Below are positions 37,300-51,700 of a stretch of DNA of 64,000 bases, one piece after another. This DNA comes from Camelus ferus (lineage: Eukaryota): contig NC_045697.1 of NCBI RefSeq assembly GCF_009834535.1, forward strand, positions 96,722,001 to 96,786,000. The letters are read 5' to 3'. The translations under genes and the position numbers were made by a program. A model generated the notes under the pieces. That model worked only from the letters and a program-made list of their open reading frames with translations, was not told the DNA's origin and made no database searches. Position 1 is the first letter of the stretch. Each line of letters begins with the position of its first letter.

Positions 37300-39660
37300 G
37301 TCTTCTAGTCTCCTAATTTCCTCTTCCAGATGCTGTCTCTACTTTCTTCTTTTCCATCAGTTGAGATATTTACTCCCTGGTTCTTTCCTTTTATCTAGTT
37401 TATCAAACTCCATTTCTATGTTGACCTTAACTTTTATATCCATCTCCAGAGTGCTTCACTTTGTCTTTCCTTGCTAATATACTCAGCTCCCTCATTCCAT
37501 TACCCTTTTCTTTCACCCACTAAGTACATCCTAAATACTCCAATGGATCTACCCTATATCCTCTCTATTACTCCACTTGGCCTGCAGAATGCTATTTGGA
37601 TACAACTCACACAACTACTGGACTGAACCCAGTATAAATCCGTGACCTCAAACCTAGGTAGTGCTTTTCACTCTACCCAGATATTTAGTTGTTCCTTCTG
37701 ATTCAATCATCTGTCCATTATCCATATTACCTATTTAAAGTTTTCACCACTCTCCTCAAAACCTTATTCTTTTCAGCTAACTCTTTTCTTAAAAGTTGAA
37801 ATCATCTTTTATTTTAAGAGAACATTAAAGTTATCTGGCAGGTTCACACTCAATCTATTAGACCCATAAAAGAAAATCTTATTTCATTTACACCCAAATA
37901 TTCATATTTTACCAATTAAAAAAGGAATGTTAAAAGTAATATGACCTCATCCTTTCCCAAGTCTTTGGGGTCCTTGAAGAAAGGATTATCATAGCTCTCC
38001 TATATTTTTAACCCCCTCATTCTGCATGCTTCATGCTATTCAACATATTCTTTAAAATTAACTAATAATTTTTTGATTATTCCTTCTTCTTCATGATATG
38101 TTCTTTCTCCTTTAAGAAGACAGGCATGCTTCTTACAAGAAAAATAAGTGATTGTCTTATAAACCAATAAAATCTGAGTGTGAATGCATCTAGAAAATTG
38201 TTGCAATGTGTGTGTGTTTGTTGCTGAACTAAAATAAAATTAATTTTCAAAACTGAAATAAATAAACAGAGGCATAGTCTCTGCTCTCAAGATATTTTCT
38301 ACACAAGTGAGAAAAACTAAACATTAATATTTATTGGAAAATATAAAAATATAAATTGTGGTTCTAAATTTTATGGTTCAAAATCGAAATGCTATGTGAA
38401 TAAAATTATAGAGATAAAAGAAGCACACAACAAATTAATAATTAAAGTTAGGTAAAAATAGAAAGGTAGATTCAAGAAAGTGTAGGAGAAGCAAGTCTGC
38501 TAACAGCTCACTTTCTATAGTTTCCTGATTCCATTAATTATCAGATCTCACAATCCATCGATTCTACTACTTTTTCTATGTCCGTACATACCTCATTTCT
38601 TAGCTTTCCTTCCTATCTAGCCTAAATTCCATGGTCAGCCATTAAAATTGTTGCCTTATACAAATATTTAATTCTTCTGGTTATTATCTTAATAAAACTC
38701 TTTTGACTGAAATACTGTTCTGATGATATCAAAGCTTTATCATTACATGTGTGAACTGCTTAGCTGAGTATGACTGGAGAAAAAACACAAAACCATGCTG
38801 ATTGTTTTTATTTTACATCAGCGACCACTAATCTGAGCAGTTATAATATCTTCCCTAAATCTACAGATACTCTAATTCTCCTGTTTAACTATCACATCTC
38901 TCTTCCCCATATAAGTATATAAAACAGCCTTCATTTTTCTAATTCTCAGCTGATAACCTTGCTTTTGTTTTTAATTAAATAATAGAAACAATTAAAAGAA
39001 CACATGATTGATTTCCCACCAGGGTACCTACATATCTACCTGTGTCTTGGCTACGTAATTTGTCTCTTAGTATAAATCATCTCTGCCCCTAGCCAGGGCC
39101 AACCATCCATTTGTGCATTTTATTCATCTCTTTTCATCAGTTCAAGAATATTGCCCCAGAAATGCCCGCTCTTACATGTGGCATCAGTTATTAGTTTATC
39201 CCTTGAGCCTTAAAACTAGATATTATTTCTGTCTAAAAATCACTATCATTTTTCTCTCTTTGCTTTTTTTTCCTTTTTAGCACAAATTCTCAAAGGAGTT
39301 CCACACACTTTGAGTCCTTTTTCTCATTGTTTGTTTTCCATCTGATTGTCCAATCAAAATATCCAGGCCACCAAACTACAGTACCCAAGCCAACACCAAA
39401 ACACTACAGTGCTAAATCCAACAGTCAATTTTAAATCCTCTTCTTAACCTGGCTTATCAGCAGCATTTGACCAAACTGGTCATTTCTCACTGAAATATCG
39501 TCTTCATTCAGTATAAATATCATACTCATTTTGTGTACTTTCTTTCACACTCATCTCATTTTCTTTCCATTTCCCTTGCTGTTTCCTTCTCATATTCCAA
39601 CTCCTATTCTCTAAACACTGGAGTGCTCAAGAGCTTAACCCTTGGGCCTTTTCACTTTTT
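37300..39660 (+). mobile_element. Degenerate L2 ORF2 fragments
   Basis: Pyrimidine-rich sequence with L2 motifs (ctggagaaaaaacaca.aaccatgctgattg, ctcagctgataaccttgct, gctaaatccaa..gtca, tcagcagcatttgac). Contains non-L2 gaps. Confidence 0.6.
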
Positions 39661-39663
39661 TAT

Positions 39664-40214
39664 TATTGGAGAGGAAAAAATTTTCCTCCACCTTATTAGG
39701 TTCTTCTGGCTGGTGTAAGAATTAAATTGACATGAGACAAATTTACAGGAGAAAATCAAACAAATGTTTAGTAACATGTATACATGGGGGAAACCCAGGA
39801 AAACTGAATAACTTGCTAAAATGGCCAAAACCCTCACCTTAAATAGTATCCCCAGCTAAAGACCACAGAGGATGTTTGGGGTAGTGGTTTGGGACCTCAA
39901 AGGGGAGGAAGGCATTTGACATGGAGATGGAAAGCAAATTTTTGGTAAACAGATGTTTGCTGGGCCATGTAGAGACAGTAAGGCACAGAGAAATGCTAAC
40001 AAACAGACTTGCTAGTTTCCTTCCTGTCTACACACCTAGCTCATACTATAGAATAGATCTATTCCTACAATAGGCCCTCCATTTAAATTATTTAGTTAGG
40101 TAACAGAGAAGGTCAAAGTTTCTTTCTGAATCTTTTGGGTCTTGATTGTTTTCAGTTCAAAATAACATGTATGCTAAATTGACATCTTGGGGTGGCAAAT
40201 TTTGCTCCCCTACA
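39664..40214 (-). mobile_element. ERV1-type solo LTR (family A)
   Basis: Ends ggggtggcaaattttgctcccctaca; perfect TSD ttat. Confidence 0.92.
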
Positions 40215-40349
40215 TTATCTATACTTATTTCCTTAGTGAACTCATTCATTTTATGGTTTTGATCTCATCAATATGATGATAACTCATGGTTGTAAATCTC
40301 AAGGTTTGGCCACTGTCCTGAATTTTTGGTAGGGTACATATTCAATTTC

Positions 40350-41545
40350 TATACTATGGAAAAATGGACCAAAAAATAGAATAGCTAATTTTTTTTTTAA
40401 GTTATGTGTTTGGAGATATTATTCTGCCTGATTTCAAAACTTACTATAAAGCTATAGTAAATAAAACTTTTACAGCAGTGTGTTATGAATTAATTTCTTT
40501 CCCCCACTTCCCATAAAGATATCTTAGAGTCCTAACGCCTAGTATCTCAGAATGTGACCTTATTTGGAGACAGAGTGCTTACAAAGGTAAAATAAGGTCA
40601 TCATAGTTGCTCCTAGTCTGATATGACTGGTGTTTTTATCAAACAGAAGAAATTTGGGCACAGACATGTGTGCAGGAAGAATGTCATAATGTCATTTAAG
40701 GGATGGAATTATCTTCCCACAGCCAAAAAACTGCTAGAAGCTGGGAGAGAGGTGTGGAATAAATCTTTTTTTAGCACCTTCAGGGAGCATGGTGCTGCCA
40801 ATCTTGGACTTCTAGACTCCAGAATTGTGAGACAAATTTCTGTTGTTTAGGCCACACAATTTGTGGTACTTTGTTATAGCAGCCTTAATAACGCATATAT
40901 GGTGTAAGGATAGACATATTCGTGCATTAAATGGAATAGAGAATCCAGAAATAGACCCATATATCTAAGGTCAATTGATTTTTTGACAATGATGCCAAGA
41001 ATATTTAATTGGAAGAGTTAGTTTTTTCAACAAAAATATTAGATATTCATATGACAAGAAATTATCCTCAGTACTTACTTTACCTATATTTAAAAAATCT
41101 CAAAATGAATCATAAGAACTAAAACCTAAGAGCTAAAACTGTAAAATTTCTAGAAGAAAATGAGAAACGTGTGAGAAAATCTTTTTGGTTAGACAAAGGA
41201 TCTTGGGACCCAAAAATGTATGAATCATAAAAGAAAAAGAGTATAAACTGTACTTTATCAAAAAATGTTATTTTCAAAAGTACTTTTACAAAAATAAAAA
41301 GATAGGCCACAAATTGAGAAAATAAATTGAAAAGCAAATATCTGACTAGTGACTTGTATCTAGAATAAATAAAGCAAATTTGTAACTCAACAGTAACAAA
41401 CAAATTTGGTAAAATGGGTAAATTTTGAATAGACATTTCACAGTAGAAAATATGCAAATGACCATAAGCATAGGAAAAGAACTCTAGTCATCAGAAAAAT
41501 GTGACAAAACCACAGTGAGATACCACTACATCCCACTAGAATTTG
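40350..41545 (+). mobile_element. Old L1M ORF2 3' fragment, split by MLT1
   Basis: cctgatttcaaaacttactataaagctatagtaa, aatagagaatccagaaatagaccca, gaatagacatttcac, cacagtgagataccactaca. Confidence 0.85.
40481..40899 (+). mobile_element. MaLR LTR (MLT1B-like)
   Basis: tgttatgaattaa...ctcagaatgtgaccttatttgga...ctccagaattgtgagac...ttgtggtactttgttatagcagcc. Confidence 0.88.
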
Positions 41546-42931
41546 AATTCTACAAAAACATTGTGTTGGCCAAACAGTGGTCTCAAAGAATTCAAGTGAG
41601 CATGGCTAAAGAGAATCAAGAATCAATCCTGGGGAAGGAAATGACAATAGTGGAGGGATCCTGATCACCAATTAGGTTAGGCTGAGGTTCAAGGCAGACT
41701 CAAATCCCTGCAAGTACCTAGAGTGAGAATGAGGAAACAGCAGGCCAGAAAGGAGGCCAAGAAGGTGGGTGAGTTTTGAAAGCTAAGGGTGCAAGAGTGA
41801 TCCCTAAAGAATCATTAGGTACTCAGACTTTGTAGGTGATTTTTTTAGATTCTATTCACTGAAGGTGAAAGGTGTTCTAATATATTTGCATTAGTTCATT
41901 ATATAAAAATTAAAGCCATCAAGTGACAGGTAAGAATTATGTGCAATTATAAAAAGCAAGGGTAAGAGAGGATGAACAGATGTCAGTCAGGCTCCAAGCA
42001 ACATACTATACTTGCTATATTTCTTCATAATATATGACAAAGGCAGTTGAAACTTATTTGCTCTTCATGTAAACTGTTGTACTATTAAAATTCTCCTACA
42101 ATTGGAGAACAAGCTTGAATTGGATTCCAGAGGAAGAACAGAAATTAGGTAAATACAGTTAGGGTAGAATGCTGTAGGACATAGTTTTCAAATTGTGCTT
42201 CACAAGAGAAAATGAAAAAATCAGACTTGAAAATGTTACTATATCCTTTTCTATCTTCCATCAAAGCAACTCTGCTTTAATGTATTATATAATGGCTCAC
42301 ATTTCTAGGTAAGATTTTATTCTGACTTAGAGGATAATTCTATAATTTTTGTGTTTTTGAAAACTACTCTGAGTGGATACAAGAATATAGGCCAATCAGA
42401 AACAATAAAGGTGCAGCATTATTAAAAATGCAGATTTAAAATTTGACAAAATCTAAGACTTTCATTCTCTGTGAATACTTTAAAAAAACATATTTTGCAT
42501 TAGTTCAAGATAATAAAGTCCCCAGTATTATCTATAAATAGCAAACATGGACATCATGTAAAATTGCTTTTCAGGTTGATAAACTATTTCCCTTAATTGG
42601 CTTAGAGAGATGAATGAGGATGTATTGGGACTAGTTTTCATTGGCTAGAATCATAGTATCTTATTAACAATAACTTAAACAATAAGAAAACCATTTATTA
42701 CTTTGGAGAGTCTGAAGGCAGGTACCATTGTGGAACTCTGTCAGTAGTTTGTGTCATCAAAGATCCATTTCTGCTCTGCTGTCCTCGTTTGGTTGGATAT
42801 TTTTTCTAAGACCTATTATCTATGGTAAAATGTTTGCTTGAAGATCTAGGGATGATATTGTTACATGTGCCTCTTTTCTGTCCATGTTACCTTCTATTAT
42901 TTCTTCACTGGGCTAAAGCACACAGCTATCC

Positions 42932-42971
42932 ATACACATACACATACACATACACATACATACACATACAC
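42932..42971. repeat. (CATACA)n simple repeat
   Basis: About 6-7 hexamer units. Confidence 0.85.
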
Positions 42972-44894
42972 GAAAATGTGATTCACTGGAAAAGGGAGAA
43001 AATGGCTATTGAGTAGGCAACTTGAATTGCCTCTAACAAGGTGTATTTCACAATTTATTATTAAAAAAAAAATCAGACCAGGTATCTTTACCATAGAAGA
43101 TAATGATGGGTGCTAGTCTAGGCTTGCAATTGGAATCACAGATTTAGGAGAGATTCCAAAATTAAAGGGCAGAAAGCCAAAATTTAAGATATGGTTAAAA
43201 TAAAACTATAATAAAAATAATTTCACTCTTACTAAGAATAAATGCTTCATAGGAAAAAAATTTTCCTTTGAAACAAGTTTATATTTTATGAAATTAAAAT
43301 TTTACTTCTCTTTTTATAACAAGAAAAATTATCTACTGTAAAACCTGTCAGATGAGAATAAAATTCGATGGAATAAAAATAAAAATAATTTCATATAAAT
43401 TTTGTAAAAGTTTGGCATTTTGTAAAGGGGGATACGTAGTCTAACAATAAAAATTTTTCTCCAATAGAACATGTCAAATTACCAGATGTATATTCTCAGA
43501 GTGAAACTCTAAAGTGATTCCTTAACCAAATATAATGATTTATTAATCCTTAACACATCAGTTAACAGTTTGATTCATTCTAGTATGTATTTCTAAATAC
43601 AACTTTGTAAATAGAAATAAGATATACTTTTATTTGGGTCAAATGTCAAGATGAAAGTTGTCAAAAATAACTTATGCTTATATTTTACCAGACCTCTTGA
43701 TATTTTATATTGTATATATATTTTGCTAATTAACCGTAAAACCATATTGTATGTATTATACCGAGCAATTTCAAAAAGCCATAACATGCTCAGCAATGCC
43801 TGATATAATAATAAAGTTATTTTTCAATTGTCAAATTATTCAGATTGTCATTCAAACTACATTGTATTAATCTATTATCTCATTTAATTAGACAGTGGCA
43901 ATCTACACACAGTCACGGCACTCTACCACCAGGAAGAGTTCCAAATGCATCTACTCTAGCTTCTAAAGTTGAAAGAGGGTTCGAGGAAAACCTTCTTGCT
44001 CCCACTCCTATCGATCCAAGGATTACTCTGGGTTTTGCATGTCTTCTTGATATCTTTTTAGAGGCTGAGTTGTGCAAATCTTCCTATATACCCACTTGTT
44101 CCTGACTAGTGCAAATTAACAGGAGAAAGGAAAAGCTTATTTCTTTTACACTTACCAGAGTCTAGTGGATAGAGCATGGCATTTTGCTGTGGTACTGTTC
44201 TAGATTGGCATCCTTCTTCTAAGGAAAAGATACAAGCAGTGTTTCCAATCAAGAATCTAGAGACTCCATGAGAGAAGGACACACACAGAGAGAACAATAT
44301 CACTGCAAATACAGAGAATAAACGTGCAGTCATGAGATGGAAAGCCTCAGGACTCGAAGGAAGCTTCTTGAATTTTTATTGATCATTGATAACAAAATCT
44401 TCCCTGGGAGAAACTAAAAACTCGTAAATCCCTCAGTTTCCCTGAACACTGTTTTTCACCTAAATAAGGAACTTAAGATTTGCCTCCCCCACCTCTCTGA
44501 CCTCCAGTGTTGTGTCCCATCTCATCTCACTGCTGGGATGTGTGTGTGTGAGTGTGGATGTATGAGGACCATGGTCTTTATGGATACTTGTTTGTGGCTG
44601 ATGCTGTACTTTGTTGATCTAATATCCTCTGTCCCTGGACAGGAAATGAGCCTTATTGTAGTGGCTCTTACCCACTTTTTCTAGGGCTCCATCACCTCCC
44701 ACTCCTAGGAGCTTCCTTTCATTCCAGAGACACCAATGCCTGTTCGTATTCTGAAGGTGGCATTAAGGGTAGGAGCAAAAGGCAAAGAGTCTCTGTCTTG
44801 TGACTCGGGAGAATCTACATCATGTTCACACTTACTGTAATGACTACCCCTGGCTTCCCTCTTTCTACATGTACCTGTATTCCTTTTTTAATGA

Positions 44895-46955
44895 CACCTG
44901 CCATCACCATACACACTTACAATTTCTTTTTTCTTGTGATGAGAACTTTTAAGCTTTAATCTCTTGGCAACTTTCAAATATGCAGTACAATATTATCAGC
45001 TATAGTCACCATGCTGTACATTACAACCCATGACTTATTTATTATATATCTGGAAGTCTGCAGCTTTTGATCCCCTTCATCCATTTTGCCCACCCCCAAC
45101 CCACTCCCCTCTGGCAATAAATCTGTTCTGTATTTATGAGGTTTTTGTTTGTTTGTTTTGATTTTTAAATTCCCCACATATGAGTAAAATCATATGGTAT
45201 TTGCCTTTCTCTGTCTGACTTACTTCACTTAGCATAATGTCATCAAGGTCCATCCATGTTATGGCAAATGGCAAGATTTTCTTCTTTATTACGGATGACA
45301 TCTATGTCTATATATCTATATTTATATCTGTATCTATATCCATTAATCCATCAATGAACATTTAGGTTGTTTTCGTATCTTGGCTATAATAAATAATGCT
45401 TAAATGAACATAGGAGTGCATATATCTTTTTAAATTAGAGTTTTCATTTTCTCCAGGTAAGCACCCAGAAGTGGAATTGCTGGGTCATATGGTAATTCTA
45501 TTTTCAATTTTTTGAAGACCCACCATATTGTTTTCCATAGTGGCTGCACCAAATTACATTCCCACCAACAGTGCAAAAGGGGTCCCTTCTCCACACCCTT
45601 GCCAATACTTACTATTTCTTGTCCTATTGATAACAGCTATTCAGACAAGTGTGAAGTGATATCTCATTGTGGTTTTGATTTGCATTTCCCTGATGACTAG
45701 TGATTTTAAGTATCTTTTCATGTACTTATTGGCCATATGTGTATCATCCTTAGAAAAATGTCTATTCAGATCCTTTATATATTTTTGACTGGGTTATTTC
45801 TCATTTTAGTTTTGAGTTAACAGTTCTTACTAGTTTTTAAACAAGCCCTTTATTCAGATAATATGCCTTGTAAATATTTTCTCTCATTCTGTGGGTGGTA
45901 TTGTATTTACTAATGGCAGCACTACCTGCAACAGAAAACATTTTAATTTTGATAAAGTCTAATTTATCCATTTTTCTTTTGTCAATTGTGTCTTTGTTGT
46001 CACATCTAAGAATCTGCCTAACTCAAGGTCATATAAATCTACTCCTATATTTTATTCTAAGAATTTAAAAAATTGTCTTAGATTTTGTTCTAGGATCCAT
46101 TTTGAAGTAATTTATATGTATAGTATGAGAAAATCATTTAACTCTATTGTTTTACTTTTGTCCCAGCACCATGTTTTGAAAGTCTCCTTTTCCCCCATTG
46201 AATTTTCTTGGCATTCTCGTCAAAAGTCAAAAATTAACTGACCATAAAAGTATGAATTTATAGACTGAATTTTTTCTTTTATCTCCATTTATCTTCATGT
46301 CAATACCACACTGTTTTTATCATCAGCTTTATAGCAAGTTTTGTAAAAAGAAAGCTTGAGTCCTCCAACTTTGTTCTTTTTGGCATTGTTTTGGTTATTT
46401 TAAGTATGTTATGTTTCCATATGAATATAAGAACAGCTTGTTAATTTCTGGAAAAAGAACAACTAGTGTTTTGGTAGGTATTGCACTGAGTCAATATACA
46501 GAGTTCTGTCATCTTAATAAGTACTCCGACCTATGGGCATTGGATATCTTCCATTTATTTAGGTATTTAGTTTTTTTCAGTGATGTTTTATTTTTTTGGA
46601 GTGTAAGGTTTACTTTTTTTGTTAATTTTTTTCCCAAGTGTTTTATTTAATATCATTTTATAAGTAATTTTTTCTTGATTTTTACTTCCAGACTGTTCAT
46701 TGTTAGTACGTAAAACATTGATTTTTGTATCTTGCATCCTTGTTAAACTGGTTTATTGATTCTTATAGCTGTAGTTTTTAGTGTTTTCCTTACAATTTTC
46801 TATAGATAAGATTAGATCATTCACAAAGAGTGATAGGTTAACTTATTTTTTTTTGTCTTGATGCCTTTAAAAAAATTATTTTCTAATCTCTCTTATTAAA
46901 ACAATGTTGAATAGAAGTACTGAGAGCAGACATTCTTGCCTTGTCCTGATTTTAG
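44895..46955 (-). mobile_element. L1 (L1MA/MB-like) 3' UTR and ORF2 3' part
   Basis: gtcaccatgctgtacatta, tcacttagcataatg, acccagaagtggaattgctgggtcatatggta, tacattcccaccaacagtg, acaatgttgaatagaag. Confidence 0.9.
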
Positions 46956-47994
46956 GATGCAGAAGCAGAATTTTGATAAAAGAAAAACAGAAACTGCATG
47001 TGGGATCATTTACTTCCCTCTCTGTTCCCGCTCAATCACATAGCAATGAAATCTCCTAGCTTTTGCTCCAAGCCTCAGGGTGGTTAGAAGGGTGCCACTT
47101 GTTCTAGCTTAGATATAGAGTATGTGCAGTGTTCTGTGCAGCTCAGCTGACATGGGAACAGTCAGCACTCAAGAGTTATATAGTGAAATAAAAAATAAAA
47201 TACAACAAAACAAAAAAGAAGCAGATGCTGCTTCAACTTTCTATTGAAATTAGACCATGTTGCTGTGAACAAGGACTTTTTTCCCTCTGTATCATGACTT
47301 CTCCTGAAAGAACACATGCAAACACACACAGAAGGGCATAGGGGAAAAAATAGCATCCATAAAAATATATATGAGTATAGGTGTGTGTATGTAATTTCTC
47401 TGTACATAGAATTTTCACTGAAAATCTGTGAGACAAAATAAAATAGATGTCAAGTTTTGCAGGCAACCAGAACTGAACTGAAATCCAGATTTCTCCAATT
47501 ACTACTTTTGTGATTACTTTGGAAAATTACCATCTGCTCTCCTCTGTTAAGCATGAATTGTAATTCCTAAATTAGAAAGATACTTCGGGAATGGGAGGTA
47601 ATGTAAATAAAGTTCCCAGAAGAATGATAGACATGGTAGTAATGAGTATAAAGATCACAAACCAAAGCTAATAAACAATAACAAGAAATAATCGTGTAAC
47701 TTATATGTAACTAAATATATGTGATGTTTTTTGTGATAATAGGTCTCAAATATTTTAAGAAATGATAATGGAATTATGACTATTCAAAAAAAAAAAAAAA
47801 ACAAACCAAAACTGTGGGATCCTTAAATGTTGATAGTCTTCATCAATCAATAATTCCTGTATTGCCCTAAATTTCTATGTCTGTCTGCCCAATGATTTTC
47901 TCCAACTCATGTCTCAAAGCCTAGTTCAAAAGTCTTAGTAACTTTTATTGTTCTCAAGAATGACTTTGTTTTTCTATCTCCAATAAGATATCTG

Positions 47995-48712
47995 TATATG
48001 TAAGGAGAAAGAAAAATAGAAAAAGAAGAAAATGTGTTCTCCTTGTTGAAAATAAGGAAAGAGATTTTACTTCCATTCCTTTCCTTTTCTTAGAGCATTT
48101 ACTTCAGACAACCTGAAATTGAAAATTCTTTCTCTGTCTCTTTTGAAATGTCTGTAAATCTTTTTAAAAACTAAAGAAGTCTGTTGCCAGCTTTAAGACC
48201 CAGGAAAGTTTTACTCAAACATCTGGGAACAATTTCTTTGGAATGTAATCATCAACAAAGATAGGGCCCCTATCTCCCAGTTTCTGTGGAATGATAGGTG
48301 CTTAACTTTTGTGGGTGCCTAGCTACAAGTTGCAAAACTACCTCATGCCATAAAGATGTGACAAGTTTATTTTTCTACGGATAAAGTCAATTAGCTAGCA
48401 TGCATGCTCACCCCAATTACCAAGTGAATTTAGGATGAACTGCATGTGAAAAATGGTGCTGTCAAGTCCTCTTACTGAGAACTAGTTATTGTTTATCTTG
48501 GGAACACTGTATAGAAGGGTTGTATCTGCCTGACTTTATAAAAGGGTGAAATTCCTTTCTGTCTTGCAATTTTGTAGCAGACTGCCTCTGATGTGCATCC
48601 CATTCGCTGTCATGCTTATTCAATAATAAAGCTGTTTTCTTTTTCTTCTCCTTTTGTGGAGAGGTTTTTCTGGGTTGCGAGGAGATTTTTTTAAAATTAC
48701 ATTTCCTCAACA
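47995..48712 (+). mobile_element. ERV1-type LTR (family D)
   Basis: Homologous to 54942-55582; tataaaa and aataaa present; ends ctcaaca. Confidence 0.85.
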
Positions 48713-48991
48713 ATTATGGTGATAAGGAGGAATATTTGGTAGTTCCCGAATTGAGTGGAGGAGTTGAAGGTCTGTGGCCTCACAACAGTCAAGTGAGAAA
48801 CCCCAAGTTATAAAAAGTCTCCCTCCTTGTTGCTTACTCTTTTGAAATACTAGCTTGACAGACCACCCTCTCTAAATCCAGTATTTTACTATTAAAGAAG
48901 CATGGGTAATACAGACTTTAAAATCCCATAGCATTACCCTATGGTTGGCAAATATAGGAAGCCAAGAATACTGCCTTCAGATCTTTCTCTC

Positions 48992-49130
48992 TTTTTTTAT
49001 TTTATTTTAATTTTTAGAGGGGAAGGTAATTGAGTTTATTTATTTATTTTTAGAGGAGGTACTGGGGATTAAACCCAGGACCTCATGCATGCTAAGCATG
49101 CATTCTACCACTTGAGCTATACCCTCCTCC
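48992..49130 (-). mobile_element. tRNA-derived SINE (Vic-1-like)
   Basis: Reverse complement of the 24995 SINE; perfect 14-bp TSD cagatctttctctc (48978-48991 / 49131-49144). Confidence 0.92.
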
Positions 49131-49603
49131 CAGATCTTTCTCTCAAAAAGCTAATATTTCTGTCATATTTGAAATGGGTATATGAGAATACAGTTGTGCA
49201 GTTGCCTGTGGATGGTTCTTTTGATTCAGATAAATTAATGTATTTGCTGGAGTTCTTAGACAAGTCTCATTCCAAGCAAATGAAGTGCTGGCATATACAG
49301 GATGAATATCATCTAAGGAGAAAATGCAAAATGATTTGGATAGCCAGATGAAAAGATTGAGAAAAACGGAAGAAGAACTATGAGAATGAGAGTGTCAGGA
49401 GGGGGAGTTTTCCTTCTACCCTTCTCGAGTTCTTGTGGCTGGACTAATAATAAAATTGACACAAGATAGATTAACAGGAGAACAGGAAACACATTTTAAC
49501 TTGTATGTATGGTCTCATAGAAATGGGATCTAAGAAGTGGCGAAAGCAGGCTGCTTTTATACTTTTTAGACAAAGACACAGTAAATTTGTGGGAAACTGA
49601 CAG

Positions 49604-50136
49604 GTAGGGGAACAAAATTTGCTACCCCAAAATGTCTCTTTGGCATGCGGATTATTTCTAGCTGAAAACAGTCAAGGCCCAAAAGCCTAAGGAAGAAATT
49701 TTGTCCTCTCTGCTAACTGTCTAAAAGAAAGCAGATAGAAGACCTGTTCCAGGAAGGGAGCTATCACCATAGATAACTGTAGTATGAAGTATGTGTGTAG
49801 ACAGGGGAGGAACCTAGCAAAATCTGTTTGTTAAAATCCTTCTCTGTGTCACACTGTCTCTGCGTGGTCCAGCAAACATTTGCTTACCAAACATTTGCTT
49901 TTCCATCTCCATGTAAGTTGCCTGCCTCCCCTTTGAGGTCCCAAGTCACTACTCCCAACATCCTCGTAAGGGCTTCAGCTCTTTGGGTGAGTTACTCAGT
50001 TTTCCTGGATCTCTCCCATGTATATATGCTATTAAATTTAAAATTTTTCTCCTGTTAATCTGTCTTATGTCAATTTAATTCTTAGACCAACCAGAAGAAC
50101 CTAGAATGGTAGAAAAAAAATTCTTCCTTCCTGACA
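49604..50136 (+). mobile_element. Nested ERV1-type solo LTR (family A)
   Basis: gtaggggaacaaaatttgctaccccaaaatg...cctgaca; TSD acag/acaa. Confidence 0.9.
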
Positions 50137-50394
50137 ACAAGACAAAGAAATTTAGGCTTTGGGTGCTTAATTAGTGAAGAATATAAACAAAGTTTGGGCT
50201 TAGTGTATTAAATTACAGAAATAGCAATGTGTTTATATACACAGGCTTTTTGGCTGAATTCCCTGTCTTTGGTGAAAAGTGTGTCCTCCTACTTCCAGAT
50301 GCAGACAGTGTACCTTGCACATGAGAGATTTATTTCCTGCTTTCAGGGAGACAAAGGGGAAACTCAAAGTCCCTCTTGCATCTGCAGTTGTTTA

Positions 50395-50828
50395 TGTGAG
50401 CAAAGAATGTTGCCTGCCATCAGCCACTGTAGCCACCCCTGATGGTACACCCTGAGGAGAATTCAGGATGGAGAAAACCAGAAAGCATTCTATTTGTTGG
50501 ATACTGGCCTCAGTTAAGATACATATCTAAGAAATAATTTCACTGAGTTCAGACTCTTGCATCTTCCCATACATAGAAAGACACTGAAATCATTATTAAC
50601 TTGATATGTCTGGTTTTTTGTGATTAGCAGAAATCTTCTGATGTTTAACTACATTTTTTTTTCCAGCAAAACTCCCATACTTCTTCTTACCTCTATCCTC
50701 CCTTACCTCTTCTGAGCAGTTCCTCAGAGCTATCTGAGAGGCTGTGTCCCAGGCTATAGTCCTCAGTAAGCTCCTTGAATAAAACTTAACCCGCAAATTT
50801 TAGGTTGTGCATTTTTCTTCAGTTGATA
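50395..50828 (+). mobile_element. Nested ERV1-type solo LTR
   Basis: tgtgagcaaagaatgttgcctgcc...gaataaaac...ttcagttgata; TSD ttta/ctta. Confidence 0.88.
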
Positions 50829-51359
50829 CTTAAATAACTTTAATTCAAAATAATCAATTGCCATTGAGACATATTTTGGGGTGGCCTGCCCTGGGCCCCA
50901 ACAAAAGGCACTTTTTCTTTCACAGAAGTCTCCTATTTTTTCCCGACCCCTCTGCTGCTCCTGTGTTTCTTTATCTTTCCCTGGCTCACATTGGCTCTCT
51001 GGGAGAGGATGTGGTGGATGTTGTTTAGTTAGTGAATTTCCCTATAAAAAAGAACCAGTAACACATTACTTGCCCTCTTGGAGGACCCAGGAGGACCCAT
51101 TCTTGTGGCCTGGCCCTGTGCCCACTTCATGTCTCAGCCCAGATTCACCTCTATGAGTAAATTCTCTTCCACACACTATGTAGCTAGGAAAGCAAACATG
51201 ATCAAGAAGCCTGACTGGGAATAACTGAGAACTTGGATGAGAGGCTATGCCTCCAGAGAAGGTGACTTGGAAAAAGGCAAACAAACAAGGTGTTAAACTG
51301 ATAAATAACACAGAAAGGGAAACCAAAGTGCCATATAATTTACATTTTTCTTACAGAAA

Positions 51360-51700
51360 AGAAAATCAGCCCTTCCTATTTGGATTATGAGCAAAGCTGA
51401 TACGACTGAGAAATGACCCAGAACTCCTGGGTGATTGACATGCCTTTCTCACCAGCTGATGTTACTCATTTAAAGGCTTCTTTCCCCTGTGACTCTAGAA
51501 GGCTACAGAAGCACTCAGTGGCATGTTATTGGCTCAACCCCACAGCTGGGGGTGCCCACCGTACTGCATGGACTTACGCAAACAGCAGACTTTGCTCCTT
51601 AGATGAGATAAGCACATCAGGGTCCACAAGATCACCACATTAAAGTGTATGGTGCACAAGGAAGCCAACTCTCTGCCACTCCCCACAACCATGAAAGTCT
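51360..51700 (+). mobile_element. Possible decayed ERVL-like pol fragment
   Basis: LQKHSVACYW resembles ERVL FEKQLLACYW; flanking gagcaaagct and aaagtgtatggtgcaca loosely match the same region. Confidence 0.3.

Larger units (their letters stand above)
49393..50903 (-). mobile_element. ERV1-type solo LTR (family C-related) hosting two LTRs
   Basis: tgtcagg...ggggtggcctgccctgggccccaaca; TSD agag/aaag. Confidence 0.88.

Noticed and set aside
29158..40214. Provirus bounded by two family A LTRs
   Set aside because: Each LTR has its own perfect TSD (actc, ttat), and the interior contains much older L2 sequence.
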